DNA of 64,000 bases from an uncultured Pseudomonadales bacterium (GCA_964635905.1 CAZWPK010000002.1:13621-77620), one strand, 5' to 3'. Positions 17,940 through 28,952 are shown, numbered from the stretch's first letter. A program made the numbers and translations. The notes: generated from the sequence alone by a model not told the origin.

Positions 17940-19076
17940 TTATTCTACACCATCCCTATTCAAACAGTTGTGATACAGTTTGGAAATAGTCTCTTGAAAT
18001 GTCGAAATAAAGTGCTCTTTTTCAAACTTCTTGGATTGCATGGCAATTGCGTCGTGATTCCATGTTGTAGTTTTGGCCGCAAGAATTGCACGTACAAATG
18101 ATTCTACCTGTTGATCCTCGACGAGTAGACCTGTCTTGTTCTCAACAATCGTTTCAGCAACTCCACTATGTGCATACGAAATGACTGGAGTTCCGTAGGA
18201 TTGCGCTTCCACACTAACGATTCCAAAGTCTTCTTCCTGTGGACAGAATAGTGCAATTGACTGACGATAATAGCTGGCTAGTTCCTCCTCACTGACAAAC
18301 TCCGTAAAGGTAATCCGAGCATCTCCACCTGCCACCTGCTTCAATCTTGACCGATCACTCCCGGTACCAACAATCACGAGCGGCACATCAGCCTGAATAC
18401 AGGCACGGATTGCAATCTCAATTTTCTTATACTCCACAAGACGTGAGACAACCAGAAAGAATGATCGTTGTGAAGGTTTAGTTGTCTGGTCTGCGATTTC
18501 CACAGGTGGATAGATAACCGAATGCACGGGGCGTCGATAGTACTTTTGGATGCGTGATTGAATGAAGGTTGAGATTGCAATGTACGTATCAGGACGCGTT
18601 GCCGCAACAAAATCTTTGTGACGAAGAGACGAGAAAAAGAATTGTCGTAGCCAACCGAACCGCTTGCCTGCATACAGATGGGTATGACTCCAAAGATACC
18701 GCGTTGGTGTCAAACAGTAACAGACATGGAGCTGGTCCGTTCGAGTCACCACAGCTTTAGCAAATTCACTCGTGACAGAAATGACGATCGGAAAACTAGA
18801 AACATCCAACGTTTCAAAAGCCAGCGGCATGAGGAGTGCCGCTTTTTCATGACGCGTGCGAAAAAAAGGAATCTTCTGCAAAAAACTGGTGTTGATCGTC
18901 CAATTCCCTACCCAGGATGCTGCCGTTGGGGCATATACAGAGGTGCACAGGACACTGTTGGGAAAAGCTTCTCGTAGTGCAAGAAGCACACGTTCTGCTC
19001 CGCCGAATTTGTTGACTCGATCATAGACGATGGCGATTGGAAGCTGACTAACTTCAAGTATGGAGAGCTTTTTCAT
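17940..19076 (-). CDS. GT4 glycosyltransferase (WbaZ-like mannosyltransferase)
   Basis: GGAERV, YCLTP.RY and EDFGIVSVEAQ. Confidence 0.88.
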   Translation of the reverse strand: MKKLSILEVSQLPIAIVYDRVNKFGGAERVLLALREAFPNSVLCTSVYAPTAASWVGNWTINTSFLQKIPFFRTRHEKAALLMPLAFETLDVSSFPIVISVTSEFAKAVVTRTDQLHVCYCLTPTRYLWSHTHLYAGKRFGWLRQFFFSSLRHKDFVAATRPDTYIAISTFIQSRIQKYYRRPVHSVIYPPVEIADQTTKPSQRSFFLVVSRLVEYKKIEIAIRACIQADVPLVIVGTGSDRSRLKQVAGGDARITFTEFVSEEELASYYRQSIALFCPQEEDFGIVSVEAQSYGTPVISYAHSGVAETIVENKTGLLVEDQQVESFVRAILAAKTTTWNHDAIAMQSKKFEKEHFISTFQETISKLYHNCLNRDGVE

Positions 19077-20145
19077 AAATGCCTAGAGTTTCTCCTGCCA
19101 TCATATCCCAAGAGTACCGTCGAACAAAATCTTGCGCGTTCGTTAGATTTGGTTTTTTCTTCTCCAAATCCAACACTGCTTGTGCAAACGCTTCAACATT
19201 TTCTGGATCAAAATAACTAGCATGATCCTGATATATTTCGTTAAAGATGGGAATATTTGAAGCAATCACCGGTATTCCTGCAGCCATTGCTTCAACCCCC
19301 GTTAAACCAAATCCTTCGGACAACGACGGTTGCACAAGAGCTGTTGCTGTTGCATAGCGAAGCTTGAGCTCTGCATCAGATAACCTGCCAACATACTGCA
19401 CACGACGCTCCATTCCTAGATCTGCTATTTCTTGCAAGAATTGCGTAGCGAATACGGAACGCGAGGATGAAATGACAAGCTTGTAGTCGGGTAGCTTCTC
19501 TAATGCACGCACGACTGTCAACACATTTTTATGTGGATAGAGCGAGCCGGTATACATCAGTACTTTTTCGCGTTTGGTGTTTTTTAGTACAGGCCTAAAC
19601 CAAGATGGATCAACGCCCTCATAGGTGACACTGATTTTTTGGGAATCGAGTGATGGGAACAAGTGTACGATCGAATTTTGCACTGTTTTGGCCGGCACGA
19701 TAATTTGATTCGCATGGGACAATGCGCGTGCCACAATCTGTCGATATGCCTGATACTTGAGTGCGTAGCGCAACGGAGATAAGGTCGTCTGTGTGGCTCC
19801 TTTTCGCTCGTGCCAGAGAAGATCATGAATCGTCACGACGGTTTTCCCAGCATAGAGTAAGGGAACGTTGAAATGCGGGACATGGAGTACATCAAGTTGT
19901 GCGTTCCCAAAAATTGCGGGCATCTTCAGTTGTTCCGCCACAGAATAATGGCGAACGGGAGCATAGACAGTTGTGACGTTGGAGCCAAACTTGAATACGC
20001 TGGATTGTTCTTCATCATGAAAAAAAAGAACGAAATGAAACACAGGGTTTTGGGTGACTCGCTTTACCAGTTCTTCAACGTAGCGTCCAATCCCAGCATG
20101 GTTGGCACCTGATAATCGACAATCAATTCCAATACGAAATTTCAT
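19054..20145 (-). CDS. GT4 glycosyltransferase
   Basis: GIGRY, TIHDL and PSLSEGFGLTGVEAM. Confidence 0.9.
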   Translation of the reverse strand: MKFRIGIDCRLSGANHAGIGRYVEELVKRVTQNPVFHFVLFFHDEEQSSVFKFGSNVTTVYAPVRHYSVAEQLKMPAIFGNAQLDVLHVPHFNVPLLYAGKTVVTIHDLLWHERKGATQTTLSPLRYALKYQAYRQIVARALSHANQIIVPAKTVQNSIVHLFPSLDSQKISVTYEGVDPSWFRPVLKNTKREKVLMYTGSLYPHKNVLTVVRALEKLPDYKLVISSSRSVFATQFLQEIADLGMERRVQYVGRLSDAELKLRYATATALVQPSLSEGFGLTGVEAMAAGIPVIASNIPIFNEIYQDHASYFDPENVEAFAQAVLDLEKKKPNLTNAQDFVRRYSWDMMAGETLGIYEKALHT

Positions 20146-20531
20146 TATTTCCTTTTCCCACGTTCATAGACGGACTGTAGAACCGGATATTGTTGTAACT
20201 CAGCCTGAACCGCAGGTTTCATCTTCTGGTAGAAACCCACGATAAAAACCCGTGCTGCGGCCTCAAGTAAAGCATCATCTGGTTGAATATGGGACTCTCT
20301 CAACTTTAAATCTCTTGCAAAAATTAAATAGGCGTACATGCCGGCAGTATCAGGTGTAAGCAGTACTAGGTCATGGATCTGATGTTCTGCGCTGTCGAGC
20401 TTTTCAAAGAACTCAGCCAGTGATTTCTCGGATGACAACGCATCTCTGTATTCTTGTGCTAGTTTGCCTTGGTGGCGCTCAACAAGCTGGGCAATTCTAA
20501 TGCGATGTGCAAACTTTTCTTGTTCGTTCAT
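20145..20531 (-). CDS. Hypothetical helical protein
   Basis: 128-aa ORF tightly coupled to both neighbours. Confidence 0.6.
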   Translation of the reverse strand: MNEQEKFAHRIRIAQLVERHQGKLAQEYRDALSSEKSLAEFFEKLDSAEHQIHDLVLLTPDTAGMYAYLIFARDLKLRESHIQPDDALLEAAARVFIVGFYQKMKPAVQAELQQYPVLQSVYERGKRK

Positions 20532-20538
20532 AGTTTTG

Positions 20539-21420
20539 TTATTTCACTTTCGATAGTATGTTTATTCCTACTAACACTGCATTCTCTAGCCAAACGGGAC
20601 CAATGGAATGCTTTTGATAAAACAGCCGCATTGCGTCATAAAATGCCGTCTTTGTTTGGTGATGCACACGATGGTGGGTCGCCTTCACCGTCTTCTTTAG
20701 TCCTGAGGAATGCTTGTCATGGATCACACGAAGCATGGGAAAGAAATGAATTTCCCAATGCAATTGAGAAAAACGATAGCACCAATCCAAATCCTCACCA
20801 TACATAAAGAAGCGTTCATCTAGCAGCCCTACTTCTTCCATCGCTTGTCGGCGGACAATCATGGCTGCTCCACTGCATGCGTCAACCGGATGAATTTGCG
20901 TTGTGTCTTTCCAGGTTTGATGATACCCGCCAAAAAGTCGATTGATGATCGGAGCTGACGCGCTAAATCGTTCCAATTTTGAAAAATAACACAATGCATT
21001 CCATGGAGTGGGAATACCACGATGACAGGCGGGATCAATGGCACCATTACCTAGTTGTACAAATGGAGTTAGCATCCCGACTGTAGGATGCTCCTGTAGG
21101 TATTCTATTGTTGACTCCAGATCACTGTCGGCTGGGAAATAGGCATCACTATTGAGCAGCATGACAAAAGGGTTGGTAATTTCCTTTAAAGCTAGATTAT
21201 TGCCGCCGGCAAACCCAAGGTTTGTCTCTGATTGGATGAGCTTGATACGTGGATTCTTACCATAGTTTGACTGCAGTTGCTCCAACGAATTGTCAGACGA
21301 AGCGTTATCAACGATGTACACTTCTAGATCCTTGTACCGAAGTTTTAAACAACTCTCAACAGCTCGAATCGAGAGTTCTGGAGTGTTGTAATTTAAGATA
21401 ACTATCGAGAGTGTAGACAT
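20539..21420 (-). CDS. GT2 glycosyltransferase (rhamnosyltransferase-like)
   Basis: IVILNYN, VDNAS, NLGFAGGNN, LLNSD and FFMYGEDLDWC; start revised to 21420. Confidence 0.9.
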   Translation of the reverse strand: MSTLSIVILNYNTPELSIRAVESCLKLRYKDLEVYIVDNASSDNSLEQLQSNYGKNPRIKLIQSETNLGFAGGNNLALKEITNPFVMLLNSDAYFPADSDLESTIEYLQEHPTVGMLTPFVQLGNGAIDPACHRGIPTPWNALCYFSKLERFSASAPIINRLFGGYHQTWKDTTQIHPVDACSGAAMIVRRQAMEEVGLLDERFFMYGEDLDWCYRFSQLHWEIHFFPMLRVIHDKHSSGLKKTVKATHHRVHHQTKTAFYDAMRLFYQKHSIGPVWLENAVLVGINILSKVK

Positions 21421-21421
21421 A

Positions 21422-22618
21422 TTATTTCTGTTCTCCCACCCCTTGATAGATCCCATCCAATTTTGCAGAAATTGAGTCCCAATTATATGTTTTCTCCACT
21501 AAGGTTCTCCCGTTATCTGCAAGTTTTTTGGCTAATTTTTTATTGGTTGATAATTCGATGGTAGCCTGAGCTAATTCTTTGGGTGTATTCCCAATTAACG
21601 CATGCACACCGTGTTCGATTCCTAATCCCTCCACTGCCAAGCTCGTCGCAACAATGGGAGTATCGGTTGCCATTGCTTCTAAAACCTTGTACCGAGTGCC
21701 CTTACCACTCCAGACAGGTGCCAAAAGCACATTCGCATGCTTGTACGCATCACGAATGTCTTTGACTCTCCCTTTCACTTGAATGGTGGAATCTTTGGTG
21801 GCATAGGATTGAATTTTGTCGGTGGGAGAGTTTCCGACAATCCATAACTGTGCGTTGGGGATGCCAGCTTTGATCTTCTCCCATACTTTTTCGACCAAAT
21901 ATTCCACAGCTTCAACGTTTGGCAGCCATTTAAAGGTACCCACGAACAAGACAATGAAATGATCCGTGGGTTCTTTTGATGTTTGCTTGAAAAAGAGCGT
22001 GTCGACCCCATTTTCCACCACCCGAATATCACCAACGTTGGGAACGCGGCGCAAGATGTAACTTTTATCTTCCGCACTCATGGCAATCAATCGACTGGCA
22101 TTGCGCCAATAATATTCTTCCCAGTATTTAATCTTGTACACATCCCAATAAAAGAAAGGCTTTAAGAGTGGATTGCCTAATCGTCGTGTAAACTCCTTGT
22201 ATCCTAAGTGCTCGATTGTTTGAACGACTAGAATCATCGGGACGTTCGTTTTGGGAACATTGGGCATGATATAAAACGTTTCAATGTGCAATAAATTGTA
22301 GTCCCCCGATGCGAGTTCCTCTTCAATGGCCTTTTTAAGTTCCGCCGACCTGTACATGGCAACAAGCAAGGGACTATAGGAAAATTGCGATCGAAGAATA
22401 TTACTAGGCGTCCACACGGGACCGCGTTTAAACACACGAATTTTTTTACAAAACGGTTTCAATTTAGCGATGTACTGGCGCTCGTCGTCGGTACGAATAT
22501 AGGAGAACAATGTAATGTTATGTTTAGTGTGAAGATTCTTTAAAAGATTGTAGGTACGTATCTGACCACCAGAAACAAGTGGGTATGGAAGATATGGAGT
22601 AATCATTAAGATGTTCAT
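21422..22618 (-). CDS. GT4 glycosyltransferase
   Basis: PYPLVSGGQIR, NGVD and GTRYKVLEAMA. Confidence 0.88.
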   Translation of the reverse strand: MNILMITPYLPYPLVSGGQIRTYNLLKNLHTKHNITLFSYIRTDDERQYIAKLKPFCKKIRVFKRGPVWTPSNILRSQFSYSPLLVAMYRSAELKKAIEEELASGDYNLLHIETFYIMPNVPKTNVPMILVVQTIEHLGYKEFTRRLGNPLLKPFFYWDVYKIKYWEEYYWRNASRLIAMSAEDKSYILRRVPNVGDIRVVENGVDTLFFKQTSKEPTDHFIVLFVGTFKWLPNVEAVEYLVEKVWEKIKAGIPNAQLWIVGNSPTDKIQSYATKDSTIQVKGRVKDIRDAYKHANVLLAPVWSGKGTRYKVLEAMATDTPIVATSLAVEGLGIEHGVHALIGNTPKELAQATIELSTNKKLAKKLADNGRTLVEKTYNWDSISAKLDGIYQGVGEQK

Positions 22619-22681
22619 ACGTGGTCGTTTTCTAAGTAAACTGCTCTACTCGCAGTTATCGTACAATAGTGTTGCGTTCGA

Positions 22682-24169
22682 TCATAATGGGTGACGCAAA
22701 TCTACAATTAAATACTTTTCCGTCTTTGCAACTGTTTGATATTTTTCCATGAGGGCGTTGGCTTCATCATCATAATTTACCGACACATAATGGGTCGCGC
22801 CATTACGTATCTTTTGATCGATATCAAATCCGATTGGCCAACCTGTCCGATTTGTTTGAAACAAGAATGCTGTATCGCCATTATACGGAGCAATCACTTT
22901 AGCATCCAACGGCAACACTGTATCTGCTACTTTCCCTGCTTCCACAATCTCCCAATGATTAATCGCATAGTAGCCTTTTACGAGGTTGGCTGAGAAACAC
23001 AAACCAATGACACTTGAAAGCACCACGATGGCTATCCCTGCGTTTCTTTTCTTCCATGACAGCATCCAATCTATTCCTTTTGCCACAACCAGGGAAACAA
23101 ACGGCAACAAAATGACTTGATAATAGTCATGGCGGACATTCCCCGTTGCAAAGACAATTAAATACATCACCATTCCCATCCCCCACAGATAGAGAACTGC
23201 TTGGGAGTGTAGTTTTTTTACAGAAACGAAAGGAGGAAGCAGTCCGGCAACAAAAAAGGTCACTCCACTAATCCCAAGCCAGAGTTTCGTAAGTCGTTCC
23301 CAAAATAGCCATCGCCACCATGCCGGTCGCAAGCGAATCCCATCCAAGTTATATAACCAGCTGCTCCATGGAATCCCTGTAGGAAACTGTGTAATCCATT
23401 GTCTCCAGAGTAACAATGGAACAAGGGAAAGTATCCCTAGCCCAATGGTGCGTGGATCAACAATGACGCTCCATTTTTTCTGTTGAACAATCATTCCAAG
23501 GAAGGCTGGTAGAAAGAAGATTGCCATCGGCTTTAAGAGTAATGCCAACGAAAAACACAGCATGGAAACGATAAGCTGCATCCACTTCCCCGACTGTAGA
23601 TACCGATTAAAAAACACTAGCGAAACCATCAAAAAACAAATCAGGAATGGCTCAGGCAAGATCACACGCGAGTAAAAAATAGAAAAAGGAAGGACGGCAA
23701 ACACTGTCGCTGCTAGTAAGCCGACGCGCGCAGAAAAAAGTTGCCTACCCAACAGAGCTAAGGCAGTTAGTGACACAAGTGAGGCAACAATTGAAAAAAG
23801 TCGCGAGACAATTACCAGGTCAAAGCTGGGGAAGAGTCGGAGAACTGCGGCGATCAACCCGTTCACAAACGGGTACTCCACCATTCGATAACCTTCCAAA
23901 TTATCTTTCCCTCCAGTCAGAATTCCTGACTGAATATTGGAAAGATCATGATAGCGGGGGTGGAGCAAATCAATTCCATGCTTTACATATTCTCGTGTCA
24001 CCGATGCAGTATCTGCCTGTCGAAAGCTATGCCAGTCTGCAAGAGGGGTTGTTAATTTATAACAGCGAAGTAAAAAAGCAACGACGACAATTCCTAGCAG
24101 GATTTTTATAAACTGTTGCGTACTTGCTGGTGGCGTTGACACTACGTTCGATGAAATCGACTTAGACAT
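22682..24169 (-). CDS. GT-C fold (ArnT/PMT-like) membrane glycosyltransferase
   Basis: Multi-TM; WHSFRQADT loop, EYP, FYSR..LPEP and LLKP. Confidence 0.8.
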   Translation of the reverse strand: MSKSISSNVVSTPPASTQQFIKILLGIVVVAFLLRCYKLTTPLADWHSFRQADTASVTREYVKHGIDLLHPRYHDLSNIQSGILTGGKDNLEGYRMVEYPFVNGLIAAVLRLFPSFDLVIVSRLFSIVASLVSLTALALLGRQLFSARVGLLAATVFAVLPFSIFYSRVILPEPFLICFLMVSLVFFNRYLQSGKWMQLIVSMLCFSLALLLKPMAIFFLPAFLGMIVQQKKWSVIVDPRTIGLGILSLVPLLLWRQWITQFPTGIPWSSWLYNLDGIRLRPAWWRWLFWERLTKLWLGISGVTFFVAGLLPPFVSVKKLHSQAVLYLWGMGMVMYLIVFATGNVRHDYYQVILLPFVSLVVAKGIDWMLSWKKRNAGIAIVVLSSVIGLCFSANLVKGYYAINHWEIVEAGKVADTVLPLDAKVIAPYNGDTAFLFQTNRTGWPIGFDIDQKIRNGATHYVSVNYDDEANALMEKYQTVAKTEKYLIVDLRHPL

Positions 24170-25886
24170 ACGATTTCTTTTTTGATCGTTTGAATGTTTG
24201 ACGAGGTGCAGTAACCATTGGTTCGGATAGAATTTTATCCGTCGGCTTCTGTCCTAATTGCAATGCCGCGAAGCCTAACCCCAAGACACTCCAGTATAAA
24301 AAGGCAACTTTTGAGGCAGCAAAGACATCGATATACAGCCCATTAAAGAGCATCCCAATGGAGCCAGCTATGATTCCAAAGGAGATACTGCTTATAAGCA
24401 ATGACTTATGTGCCTCAACTTTTCGAAGTGCTGCGATCATGAATAACCCAATTGGAGCATAGAAGGCAATTGCACCCAATCCTCCAACTTCCCCTAAAGT
24501 TCGTAAGAAATCATTATCCGTACTCTCCGCTTCCGTAAACTGGTCTTTGAATTCTTTGGTTAGCGTCGAATACCCAGACCCCACAATCGGGTTTCGAATA
24601 AATCCATTGATTGCACGTGGCCACAATGTCTCGAAGCGAATACAAGCAGATAAGCCATAGATGTAGGTACAGTCTGAAAATACCCGCGGCACCTCTACAA
24701 CCCTAGTAACTAAGACCCCATTTTCCGAAGCAGTGATCGTTTTGATATCGGGAATATCCTTGTAAACATCGGGTGGAAGATCCACGGGAGCCGGTGGAGG
24801 AGTGGTAACAGTCGCTGAGGAAGTGCTTACAGCAGATTGCGAGGCAACTGGTGTGGCAACGGCAACGGGAAGCTGATCCGTTTTATCTAATGGATCCACG
24901 GAGACTTCTACGCTATTTGCAGGTCGCTGCGTCAAAGGACGTATCACTGTTGCAACAGCTTTCTGCGCTTGTTGTACTAACCCTAATTGTGAAAACCTTG
25001 AAGACAAATCTCCAAAGAGAATCATCACTGTTAGACTAAATCCAAACACGATGGCTCCTCTGGTAATGATCCACACGATCGAACGTTTATACGCCCCAAC
25101 AAAGAGAACCAGTACTCCGATTGCAAGTAAGTAGGCTAAAAAGGAAGAGCGCGAAGCACCCAAAATAAGCAGCCAGAACCCCATCATGAAGACTACGGAC
25201 AGTGCAATTTTTTCAGAGATTTTCTTTGAGAAAAAGATCAACGACAGTACCATGACCAAAAGGAACATCACAAAGGCAGACATGTCATAGTGACCACCAA
25301 ATGTGGATGGGACACGCGCATGCTCGGTTAACACCAATCGCATTCCTTTTGAGAATTCCCGGTTCATGGTGGAATACACTGGCCAATACAGATATTTTTG
25401 ACCAAATCCATACAACGACACTCCGATGAGGACAAAAATCAGACCGACCAATGCCATACGCACATGTCGTCGTTTGGAAATTGCATTATAAAAAAGAAAA
25501 AACAACGAAAAGTATTCTAGGCGACGGGTAAAATGCAAAATCATTTTCCCGATATGGAGAGAATTCATGGGAACGGTCTGCACAATAAAGATGGCAGATA
25601 GAATCGATGCCACTGCTATCACTGCATAGGCGATCACATATTTTGTGATCGGTGTTCGCAGTGTCACCTTTCTTCTAAGCAGTTGTATCCCAAACACCAC
25701 CAGAACTACCCCGAGAAACAGATCTTCTAGGCGAGCACGAACGATATAGCCAGGGATAATATCAAATAGCGGAATCTTTGGGAAAAAAGCAATAAACACT
25801 AATAAGGCGATACAAAGCAACGTAAACCAGTTTTCAAGAAACCACGCAATGCTGCGCTGTATGGGTGATGTAACGTGGAAGGTCAT
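24162..25886 (-). CDS. O-antigen ligase / O-oligosaccharyltransferase-like protein
   Basis: Multi-TM; R..STFG, SRSS, R...W..A...F..NP..GSG and DNDFLR..GE.G. Confidence 0.8.
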   Translation of the reverse strand: MTFHVTSPIQRSIAWFLENWFTLLCIALLVFIAFFPKIPLFDIIPGYIVRARLEDLFLGVVLVVFGIQLLRRKVTLRTPITKYVIAYAVIAVASILSAIFIVQTVPMNSLHIGKMILHFTRRLEYFSLFFLFYNAISKRRHVRMALVGLIFVLIGVSLYGFGQKYLYWPVYSTMNREFSKGMRLVLTEHARVPSTFGGHYDMSAFVMFLLVMVLSLIFFSKKISEKIALSVVFMMGFWLLILGASRSSFLAYLLAIGVLVLFVGAYKRSIVWIITRGAIVFGFSLTVMILFGDLSSRFSQLGLVQQAQKAVATVIRPLTQRPANSVEVSVDPLDKTDQLPVAVATPVASQSAVSTSSATVTTPPPAPVDLPPDVYKDIPDIKTITASENGVLVTRVVEVPRVFSDCTYIYGLSACIRFETLWPRAINGFIRNPIVGSGYSTLTKEFKDQFTEAESTDNDFLRTLGEVGGLGAIAFYAPIGLFMIAALRKVEAHKSLLISSISFGIIAGSIGMLFNGLYIDVFAASKVAFLYWSVLGLGFAALQLGQKPTDKILSEPMVTAPRQTFKRSKKKSYV

Positions 25887-25897
25887 GACGATTCTTT

Positions 25898-26806
25898 CTA
25901 CCTCTTAATGATGGCGCTAAGGATGTCGCGATAAAGCACTCTAGATTCCGTATTACCCTTGAGTATACCAAAAAGTAGATAACGCAGTAGGGCGCCAGTC
26001 ACAAAGATAGCATCAATCACCAAAGCATGCACTCTGGAATGAGACTTAGACAGGACATAGCGTAGTCCTGTAATTTCACCCACTTTGGAGCGATGCGTGC
26101 TTCCACTTGCACTGCCATAGTGGAGAACCAATGCGTCGGGAACGATTCCAACTAAAAATCCAGCCTTAGCGGCCCGGATACAATAGTCCACATCTTCAGC
26201 GTACATAAAAATGTGTTCATCTAAGTTTCCTACACTGTCGATGACGTCACGTTGAAGTAGCATCGCCGTCCCTGCCACCCAACCAACCGGGTATGGTGTT
26301 TTCCCTGTTGAAAGCGGGTCCACGAGCTCTTGATACGGTGAGACACCAGGAATAATTCCCGGAAGTGGCCACAGCCACCACGCAGCAATCGTGAGTAGGG
26401 TTGGTAAACGACCGCCTTGCGGCTGAAAGGAATTGTCCGGATTAACGAGTCTTGGAGAGAGAATTCCATAGCGTGGATTTGCCATCGCAGCATCGAGTAA
26501 TTTGCGTAACGTGCCCTCCATCACGACAGTGTCAGAGTTTAGAAGCAGTAGGTACTCTCCTGAGGACTTTGAAATTCCCACATTATTTGCTTGTGAAAAA
26601 CCCGCATTGGTCGATTGTGCAATCACCGATATCTTTGATCCAAATTTCTCTTTCAAATAGGCAACGGATCCATCGGACGAATGATTGTCCACCACAATGA
26701 CTTCTAAACAATCGACATCTTTTTGAGTGAGAACCGAACGAATGGCTTCGGCTGTCAGCTTCTTGGTGTTATAGGATATAATAATGATACTTAGCTGCAC
26801 ATTCAT
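25898..26806 (-). CDS. GT2 glycosyltransferase
   Basis: IIIISYN, VDNHS, GFSQANN, LLNSD and FMYAEDVD. Confidence 0.9.
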   Translation of the reverse strand: MNVQLSIIIISYNTKKLTAEAIRSVLTQKDVDCLEVIVVDNHSSDGSVAYLKEKFGSKISVIAQSTNAGFSQANNVGISKSSGEYLLLLNSDTVVMEGTLRKLLDAAMANPRYGILSPRLVNPDNSFQPQGGRLPTLLTIAAWWLWPLPGIIPGVSPYQELVDPLSTGKTPYPVGWVAGTAMLLQRDVIDSVGNLDEHIFMYAEDVDYCIRAAKAGFLVGIVPDALVLHYGSASGSTHRSKVGEITGLRYVLSKSHSRVHALVIDAIFVTGALLRYLLFGILKGNTESRVLYRDILSAIIKR

Positions 26807-26832
26807 AGCGTAACTATACAGCAGAGGTGGGC

Positions 26833-27120
26833 ATGATGACTAGAGAAAATATATATCCCTACTATCAAGTAGTAGCCGAGATTACCAAACAACGAAATCT
26901 ACGTCTTAAAGAAGTTTTAGTAGATACATCGATCAAACATCATGCGATTTCAGATGCAGAGTCTCAATTAGTTTCAAAGGAAAGTACTTCCTATCAGTTG
27001 TCGGATGCAGTCCTTACTTCAATCTCCCTAGCGTTTAGACGTCGGTTTTCTACACTAGATGCAGCCGAGGTAGACAGCATCTATACTAAAATCTTGACGA
27101 CCTACTTCGGAAACGCGTGA
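26833..27120 (+). CDS. Small hypothetical protein
   Basis: GAGGTG SD before the ATG at 26833; fills the gap between minus-strand genes. Confidence 0.5.
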   Translation: MMTRENIYPYYQVVAEITKQRNLRLKEVLVDTSIKHHAISDAESQLVSKESTSYQLSDAVLTSISLAFRRRFSTLDAAEVDSIYTKILTTYFGNA

Positions 27121-27131
27121 TTTGCGGTTTT

Positions 27132-27917
27132 CTATTCTAATCGTGCCAGCCCTTTTGCACGACTTTTTTCAAACATAACCACAAAAAATAGGATTGAGAG
27201 TGAGAGATAGAGAATGGTTAGCGCTGTAGCTTTACCGAGCATATCCAGTGGCATCGTGCCTGTGGCAAGAATTGCTCGCATTCCCTCAAAGACATAGGTC
27301 GTCGGTAACCATCGGGAAATTGCTTGTACCGAGCTTGGCAGGACGTCTAACGGATAGTACACCGCACTAAAAGGTGCTAACAAAAAACCCATTGTCCACG
27401 CAATCGTTTGAACTTTCTGTCCCCAGTAGATAATAAATGATGCTCCAATGAAACCAAGTGTCCATCCTGCAATCGTTAAGAGAATGAAAAATGGAATGGT
27501 CATGTAGCCTACATCAAAAATATTCAATTGATACAGTAGATACACCGCCCCAGAGCCTACCAGAACTGTAACCGCAAGCTTTAACAGTCCCAGTAACATG
27601 GCAGCGGCGATCCATTCCGAGAGTTTTAGCGGAGTAGAAAATAAGTTAACCAAATTGGCATTCCACATCTCTTCTAATAAATTGACCGAGATTTCATAGT
27701 TGGCGCGCCAAACCACTTGCCAATACACCAGACCGGTAAGCAACATCAGGATGAAGTGTGGAACTGCAATCTGCGATCGCTCTACCCAAGCACTTGTGAG
27801 TCCCCATAAAATAATGTCTAACACTGGCCAATAAAATGAATCCGACAACCGATCAAAGTTCTTTCGAAATACATAGAGGTGTCGAATACACACAGCCCAG
27901 ACTCTTCCCCAGTTCAT
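27132..27917 (-). CDS. ABC-2 type exporter permease
   Basis: Six TM segments, FSAVYYP and LPTTY..EGMR. Confidence 0.88.
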   Translation of the reverse strand: MNWGRVWAVCIRHLYVFRKNFDRLSDSFYWPVLDIILWGLTSAWVERSQIAVPHFILMLLTGLVYWQVVWRANYEISVNLLEEMWNANLVNLFSTPLKLSEWIAAAMLLGLLKLAVTVLVGSGAVYLLYQLNIFDVGYMTIPFFILLTIAGWTLGFIGASFIIYWGQKVQTIAWTMGFLLAPFSAVYYPLDVLPSSVQAISRWLPTTYVFEGMRAILATGTMPLDMLGKATALTILYLSLSILFFVVMFEKSRAKGLARLE

Positions 27918-28882
27918 AGTGTGTCCTCTTCTTTCGCTGTTTTTAAAAAGTATTGTTCGAGCGTGGGTGCGTCAATCCGGATATTGGTGTACTCAACTCC
28001 AAGTGTAGCCAGCGCGGATAACAGCTTGGCGACATGAAGTTCGTCTACCGTAAATAGAACCCAGGGTTTCTCCGTAACAAATGGAATGGATTGCGCAGTA
28101 GCATACAGCTGAGCTGCTTTCAGTCCTTTTGCAATGAGCAAGTGCACCGTGGTTTTAGAAAGACTTTTTGCCAGTTTGGCAGGGGTGTCATTGGCAATGA
28201 TTGTTCCCTTTTTCATAAACATCACTCGATCACAGACAGTCGTGACTTCGTCCATGTTATGGGAAGTAAATAACACCGATACTTGATATTCTTTTCGTTG
28301 TTCTAATACAAATGCACGTACTTCTTGAGCGATATCAGGATCCAATGAAGCGGTCGGTTCATCTAATAACGCCACTCGTGGATGTGCCAAAAATGCCTTT
28401 GCCAACATAAGTCGAGTTGATTGTCCCGCAGAAAGGCTACTTCGATCTTGGTCACGTTGCTCCCAAATACCAAAAAACTTTAAGAATTTTTCTATTCGTT
28501 TGGCGCGTTGCCTGGACGGCAAACTCATCAGACGACCGTAGACATCTAAATTTTCATACACCGTCAGTCGCCAAGGAAGATTCACGTACGTACTGGCAAA
28601 TGCTACGTCCTGTAGAATCTCGCTTCGATGGGTAGCTAAGTCTTTATCAAAATAGCGAATGGTTCCGCTTGTGGGTGTAAGGACAGATAGCAACATTTGA
28701 ATCGTTGTCGTCTTTCCAGCTCCGTTCGGACCTAAAAGTCCAAGAATTTCGCCTTCTTGAAGGTCAAATGAAATACTATCCACAGCTACGTACGGCTTCT
28801 TCTTTTCTTGCCATGGGAATACCGGCTTTTTTTCAAAAACCTTTCGTAACTGATGGACTTGTAATGCAAAAACGTTACTCAT
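27914..28882 (-). CDS. ABC exporter ATP-binding protein
   Basis: GPNGAGKTT, LSAGQ, LLDEPT and TSH. Confidence 0.93.
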   Translation of the reverse strand: MSNVFALQVHQLRKVFEKKPVFPWQEKKKPYVAVDSISFDLQEGEILGLLGPNGAGKTTTIQMLLSVLTPTSGTIRYFDKDLATHRSEILQDVAFASTYVNLPWRLTVYENLDVYGRLMSLPSRQRAKRIEKFLKFFGIWEQRDQDRSSLSAGQSTRLMLAKAFLAHPRVALLDEPTASLDPDIAQEVRAFVLEQRKEYQVSVLFTSHNMDEVTTVCDRVMFMKKGTIIANDTPAKLAKSLSKTTVHLLIAKGLKAAQLYATAQSIPFVTEKPWVLFTVDELHVAKLLSALATLGVEYTNIRIDAPTLEQYFLKTAKEEDTL

Positions 28883-28952
28883 ACAAAAATCACTGCGAGG
28901 TGATCAGCAGTACGTATGTTCTGATTCTTTGTCGGGGGAATCCAGAGGAGAT

